From Syntrophorhabdaceae bacterium (GTDB lineage Bacteria; Desulfobacterota; Syntrophorhabdia; Syntrophorhabdales; Syntrophorhabdaceae), in contig CAXXUO010000001.1 of NCBI GenBank assembly GCA_963666485.2, forward strand, positions 32,001-96,000: a stretch of DNA of 64,000 bases, written 5' to 3'. Both the position numbers and the translations under genes were made by a program. Below the pieces are notes generated by a model. It was not told the origin of the DNA. It did not search any database and saw nothing but the letters and a program-made list of their open reading frames with translations. Of this stretch, positions 60,690 to 64,000 are shown one piece after another. Position 1 is the stretch's first letter. The number at the start of each line of letters is the position of its first letter.

Positions 60690-61097
60690 ATGGGATTCGA
60701 TAAATTTGGAAGAAAAAGCTTCACGAGCTTCACAAAGACCGGAAAATTCGTCGACCTTCTTGCCGAAGGCAAGGTCGAGGGAACAGTCTGTAAACAGTGC
60801 GGCGCCAAGTGGTTTCCGCCAAGGGCCGATTGCGCAAAATGTTTCTCGGCCGATATGGATTGGTTCGAGCTGCCGAAGAAAGGCACCCTCGAAACATTCA
60901 CCACCGCCATGTACGCACCTTTCGGCTTTGAAGCTGATGCACCGTACACGATGGCAGTCGTTGATTTCGGCGATGGCGTGAAGGCATTTGCCCGCCTCGC
61001 AAAAGATTTCGCCGACCCCAAGATCGGGATGGATGTAACAGTAAAGCCTCTGAAATACGATGACGGACAGGTGACATTCGAGATCGCAAAAGCATAA
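60690..61097 (+). CDS. DUF35 Zn-ribbon/OB-fold protein
   Basis: CKQCG..FPPRADCAKC, GTLETFT, APYTMAVVD. Confidence 0.88.
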   Translation: MGFDKFGRKSFTSFTKTGKFVDLLAEGKVEGTVCKQCGAKWFPPRADCAKCFSADMDWFELPKKGTLETFTTAMYAPFGFEADAPYTMAVVDFGDGVKAFARLAKDFADPKIGMDVTVKPLKYDDGQVTFEIAKA

Positions 61098-61108
61098 CAA
61101 ACATAGTC

Positions 61109-61139
61109 AAAAAAGGGCCGCCTTCGGGCGGCCTTTTTT
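61109..61139. terminator. Intrinsic terminator
   Basis: A-tract, ggccgcc-ttcg-ggcggcc, T6. Confidence 0.88.
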
Positions 61140-61210
61140 ATTCAACCTTGCACCGTAACCTAGGCGAAGAGGCTGTGTCACAATCATCAATTCTTCGTCT
61201 CGTATACATC

Positions 61211-61286
61211 CCTTAAACCTCGTCATCATCCTTAAACCTCGTCGTCATCCTTAAACCTCGTCGTCATCCTTAAACCTCGTCGTCAT
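61211..61286 (+). repeat. 19-bp tandem repeat x4 (ccttaaacctcgtc[a/g]tcat)
   Basis: Starts at 61211, 61230, 61249 and 61268; runs into the palindrome arm. Confidence 0.85.
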
Positions 61287-61400
61287 CCCGGGCTTGACCC
61301 GGGACCCAAGGTTCTTCTTTTTTCAAAATAGATGCGTGAAAAACAACAACAAAAAAACAAAACCTTGGGTCCCGGCTCGGAGGCCGGGATGACGACGAGG
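61275..61400. mobile_element. Non-autonomous paired CGTC-type palindrome element (MITE/REP doublet-like)
   Basis: cctcgtcgtcatcccgggcttgacccgggacccaagg ... ccttgggtcccggctcggaggccgggatgacgacgagg around an AT-rich spacer. Confidence 0.7.
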
Positions 61401-61485
61401 GACGCTGTAGATCACGACGAGGAGAAATATCGTCCTTTCTTTATTCCTGTAATTCTTTTACAATTACCGGAAAGAAAGGGGAAAC

Positions 61486-62667
61486 ATGACCAAAGACTTC
61501 ATCCTTGAATTGTTCAGCGCCGCTGCCATGCAGCGGTGGAACGACAAGATACGGCCTGTCGAGCTGAAAGAACTGGACAAGCAGGCGCACAAGATGACGA
61601 TCGCCTATTTCCTCGGGAAGTTCGAGGAATCGACCGAGGGGTTCAGCTGGCTCGAGATCATCGAGGGCGGGCTTTTCGAGTTTCTCGAACGCCTCGTCAT
61701 AACCGATCTCAAACCCCAGATATTCAACCGGATAAAAGAAGACAGGAAAAGATACGAGGAATTGACCAGATGGGTCTTTGCGAAGCTGGAGCCGGTCCTG
61801 TCGCCCCTTGGCGGGGAGTTCCTCGAAAGATTTCAACACTATTTCGCGAGCGCGGACAATACAGTCAATAAAAGGATCCTCACTGCCGCGCATTTTTACG
61901 CGACGCGCTGGGAATTCGACATCATCGAGCGGGCAAACCCTACCGGGTATGAGATCCCTGAGATCAGGGGCTTTCTGCAGGGCCGGCAGGAACGCTACTA
62001 TGACCTTGCCGGCATCCAGCAGCTCGCCCTGTTCCAGAAATACAGGAACTTCCTCGACCTGTGCGGGCAGCTGCGTTTCCAGTACCGCTGGAGCCACATA
62101 AACATGATACCCCGCATATCGGTGCTCGGGCATATGCTCATTGTCGCCATCCTCGCGTATTTGTTCTCACTGCAGATCGGGGCATGTCCCCGGCGGTGCT
62201 TCAACAATTATTTCACCGGGCTTTTTCACGACCTGCCGGAGGTGCTCACACGCGACATTATCTCGCCCGTCAAAAGGTCTATCGAAGGGTTGGAGTCTCT
62301 CATCAAGGCCTATGAGAAGGAACAGATGGACAAGGAGATCTTCAACCTCCTCCCCGCCGGATGGCATGATGAGATGAAAACCTTCACGGAGGATGAATTC
62401 TCGAGCATTGCCGTTATCGACGGCACCATTGTCAGGACCGACACAGACACGATAAACCGGCAGTACAACGAGGACAGGTTCAATCCCCGCGACGGTGTGA
62501 TGATCAAGGCCGTCGACGACCTGGCCGCATATGTCGAAACATACTGTTCCCTGGAAAACGGTGTCCGCTCACCCGAGCTCGCCGAGGCGCGCAGGTCGAT
62601 CCGCGACAAGTATCGCGACACCGTTATCGGCGACATCCTTTTTCATGCCCTGTTTGCACAGTTTTGA
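61486..62667 (+). CDS. HD-domain phosphohydrolase (YfbR-like, duplicated fold)
   Basis: MQRWND; RW..SVLGH..LFHDLPE.LTRDI..KAVDD. Confidence 0.85.
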   Translation: MTKDFILELFSAAAMQRWNDKIRPVELKELDKQAHKMTIAYFLGKFEESTEGFSWLEIIEGGLFEFLERLVITDLKPQIFNRIKEDRKRYEELTRWVFAKLEPVLSPLGGEFLERFQHYFASADNTVNKRILTAAHFYATRWEFDIIERANPTGYEIPEIRGFLQGRQERYYDLAGIQQLALFQKYRNFLDLCGQLRFQYRWSHINMIPRISVLGHMLIVAILAYLFSLQIGACPRRCFNNYFTGLFHDLPEVLTRDIISPVKRSIEGLESLIKAYEKEQMDKEIFNLLPAGWHDEMKTFTEDEFSSIAVIDGTIVRTDTDTINRQYNEDRFNPRDGVMIKAVDDLAAYVETYCSLENGVRSPELAEARRSIRDKYRDTVIGDILFHALFAQF

Positions 62668-62689
62668 CGGTCGCCTTCGCCCGTATCAC

Positions 62690-62718
62690 TTGACAAAAAC
62701 CGGCCGTCCCGTTACCAT
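62690..62718 (+). promoter_or_regulatory. Putative sigma70 promoter of the cytochrome gene
   Basis: TTGACA-N17-TACCAT, followed by AGGTG and ATG 62733. Confidence 0.55.
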
Positions 62719-62732
62719 TTTGTCAGGTGCCC

Positions 62733-63974
62733 ATGCGGAAATATCCCCTCTGTATATGCCTGTTCCTGGCATTTGTCATCGCCATTTTCACTTGCACCGC
62801 ATACGGAGCGGACAGCGGCTGCGTTAATTGCCACACAAACGAAAAAATGATGCGCGCCCTCCACACGCCGGTGAAGGCCGATCTGTCCGAAGGCGTCGGG
62901 TGAGCGGGCGCACCTCCGTCGGTGCCGGCGGAGATCCAATATAAGGCATATCTCGTCAATCCCAAGATCCTCGCCACAAATCCCCATTTCGCGGAAGGTT
63001 GTGCCTTCTGCCATAAGGGCAACGAAAAGGCGGCAACCCGGGAGAAGGCGCACGCAGGGCTCGTAAAAAAACCTTCATCCAACATTGACGTATGTGCGCC
63101 GTGCCACGACAAGGCGGCAAAGGTATACAAGGATTCACTGCATTATACGACTGAGGGGTTCAGGCACGGCGTTTCGGCACGGTTCTCCGCAAAAGAGAAG
63201 AAAATATTCGATGATAAGGTATTCCAGGGATCGTGCAGGAGTTGTCACGCAACGTGCGGCGATTGCCATGTTTCGTCCCCGAAAATAGGCGGCATATCGA
63301 CCGGCCTTATCAAGGGGCATGAATTCGTGGCAAAAGAGGACAAGACATGTGCAACCTGCCACGGCGGGAGGGTCTATCCCGAATTTACCGGGGATTTCGG
63401 CGGGCAGGCGGATGTGCACTACCAGAAAGGGATGAACTGCCTGAGTTGCCACAACAAGGCGGAGCTTCACGGGACGGGGACCCGGTATGTGACAAAGACG
63501 GATGTCAAAGAGAAGCCTTCCTGTACGAACTGCCATAAGCCCGGCACCGAAACAACAGAAAAGGCCCGGTCATCACATACGCAGCACACAGGAAAAGTAA
63601 GCTGCTACGCCTGCCACGCAGGCGGTTCTTATACGAACTGCTACGATTGCCATCTCGGAAAAGGCGCTACCCCGAAACCCGGGTTTTACCTGGGGTTGAA
63701 CCCCAAAGACAGGAAGACCGTAACGACATTGCGCCTTGTGCCCACCGTACGCAATACATTTAAATCGGCCGGCATAAAGCAGGAAAATTTCGACAAGGTC
63801 CCGAACTACTGGGGTACCGCAACGCACAACATAAAGAAGCGGACCGACAGGACACGCTCCTGCGATGTCTGTCACACGGACAAGCAGAATTTCCTTACGC
63901 AGCAGACATTGATCAAGGGTGGTTCGAAAGCGAACAACCTCCTCATCTATACCCCGAAACCCATAAAACCTTAA
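62733..63974 (+). CDS. Exported 11-heme cytochrome c with in-frame UGA (probable selenocysteine, codon 57)
   Basis: Signal peptide MRKYPLC..AYG|AD, CVNCH, EGVG-UGA(62901)-AGAPPSV in frame with 62922..63974, which carries 10 more CxxCH. Confidence 0.8.
62914..62933 (+). promoter_or_regulatory. Candidate bacterial SECIS element
   Basis: ctccgtcg-[gtgc]-cggcggag stem after a 10-nt spacer from the UGA, loop starting GU. Confidence 0.65.
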
Positions 63975-63987
63975 AAGGAGACCGGCA

Positions 63988-64000
63988 ATGAAAAAAGCGA
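63988..64000 (+). CDS. Start of next gene (MKKA..., truncated)
   Basis: AAGGAG RBS then ATG AAA AAA GCG. Confidence 0.5.

Noticed and set aside
61211..61286. Mini CRISPR array
   Set aside because: 19-bp units are head-to-tail with no spacers.
62922..63974. Cytochrome starting at GTG 62922
   Set aside because: No signal peptide or clear RBS, and the GTG is the loop of the SECIS-like hairpin.

Overview
Chromosomal window from an anaerobic, fairly GC-rich bacterium; the gene content suggests Desulfobacterota/Syntrophorhabdus-like, which is inference. 1-15.8 kb: MSHA/type IV pilus locus (PilR/PilS-like pair, PilC, PilB/MshE with MshEN motif, TPR, secretin, PilP/O/M-N, three minor pilins, lectin-like tip adhesin, GT2, ExeA/MshM ATPase). 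15.9-35.7 kb: minus-strand accessory island (Phd-RelE toxin-antitoxin, Rec-PAS-LuxR regulator, degenerate hybrid kinase, two paralogous autotransporters, a giant Ser/Thr kinase-histidine kinase broken by about 12 +1 frameshifts, acyltransferases, RHH-PilZ). 38.8-47.8 kb: hdrCB-(wHTH)-hdrA/L-mvhD-metVF cluster interrupted by a palindrome-flanked GIY-YIG nuclease. 48-61 kb: housekeeping genes (rsmA, tsaD, ppiD-like, mreBCD-mrdA-rodA, ruvX, mltG, thiolase + DUF35). End: HD protein and a multiheme cytochrome c. Main findings missed by the ORF track: (1) an 11-heme exported cytochrome c with an in-frame UGA followed by a SECIS-like hairpin (probable selenoprotein); (2) a selenocysteine MvhD; (3) a GIY-YIG gene bracketed by CGTC-type palindromes, with solo, paired and tandem copies elsewhere (candidate nuclease/REP mobile system); (4) a shared 39-bp upstream motif within the island; (5) a family of heptamer inverted-repeat elements.
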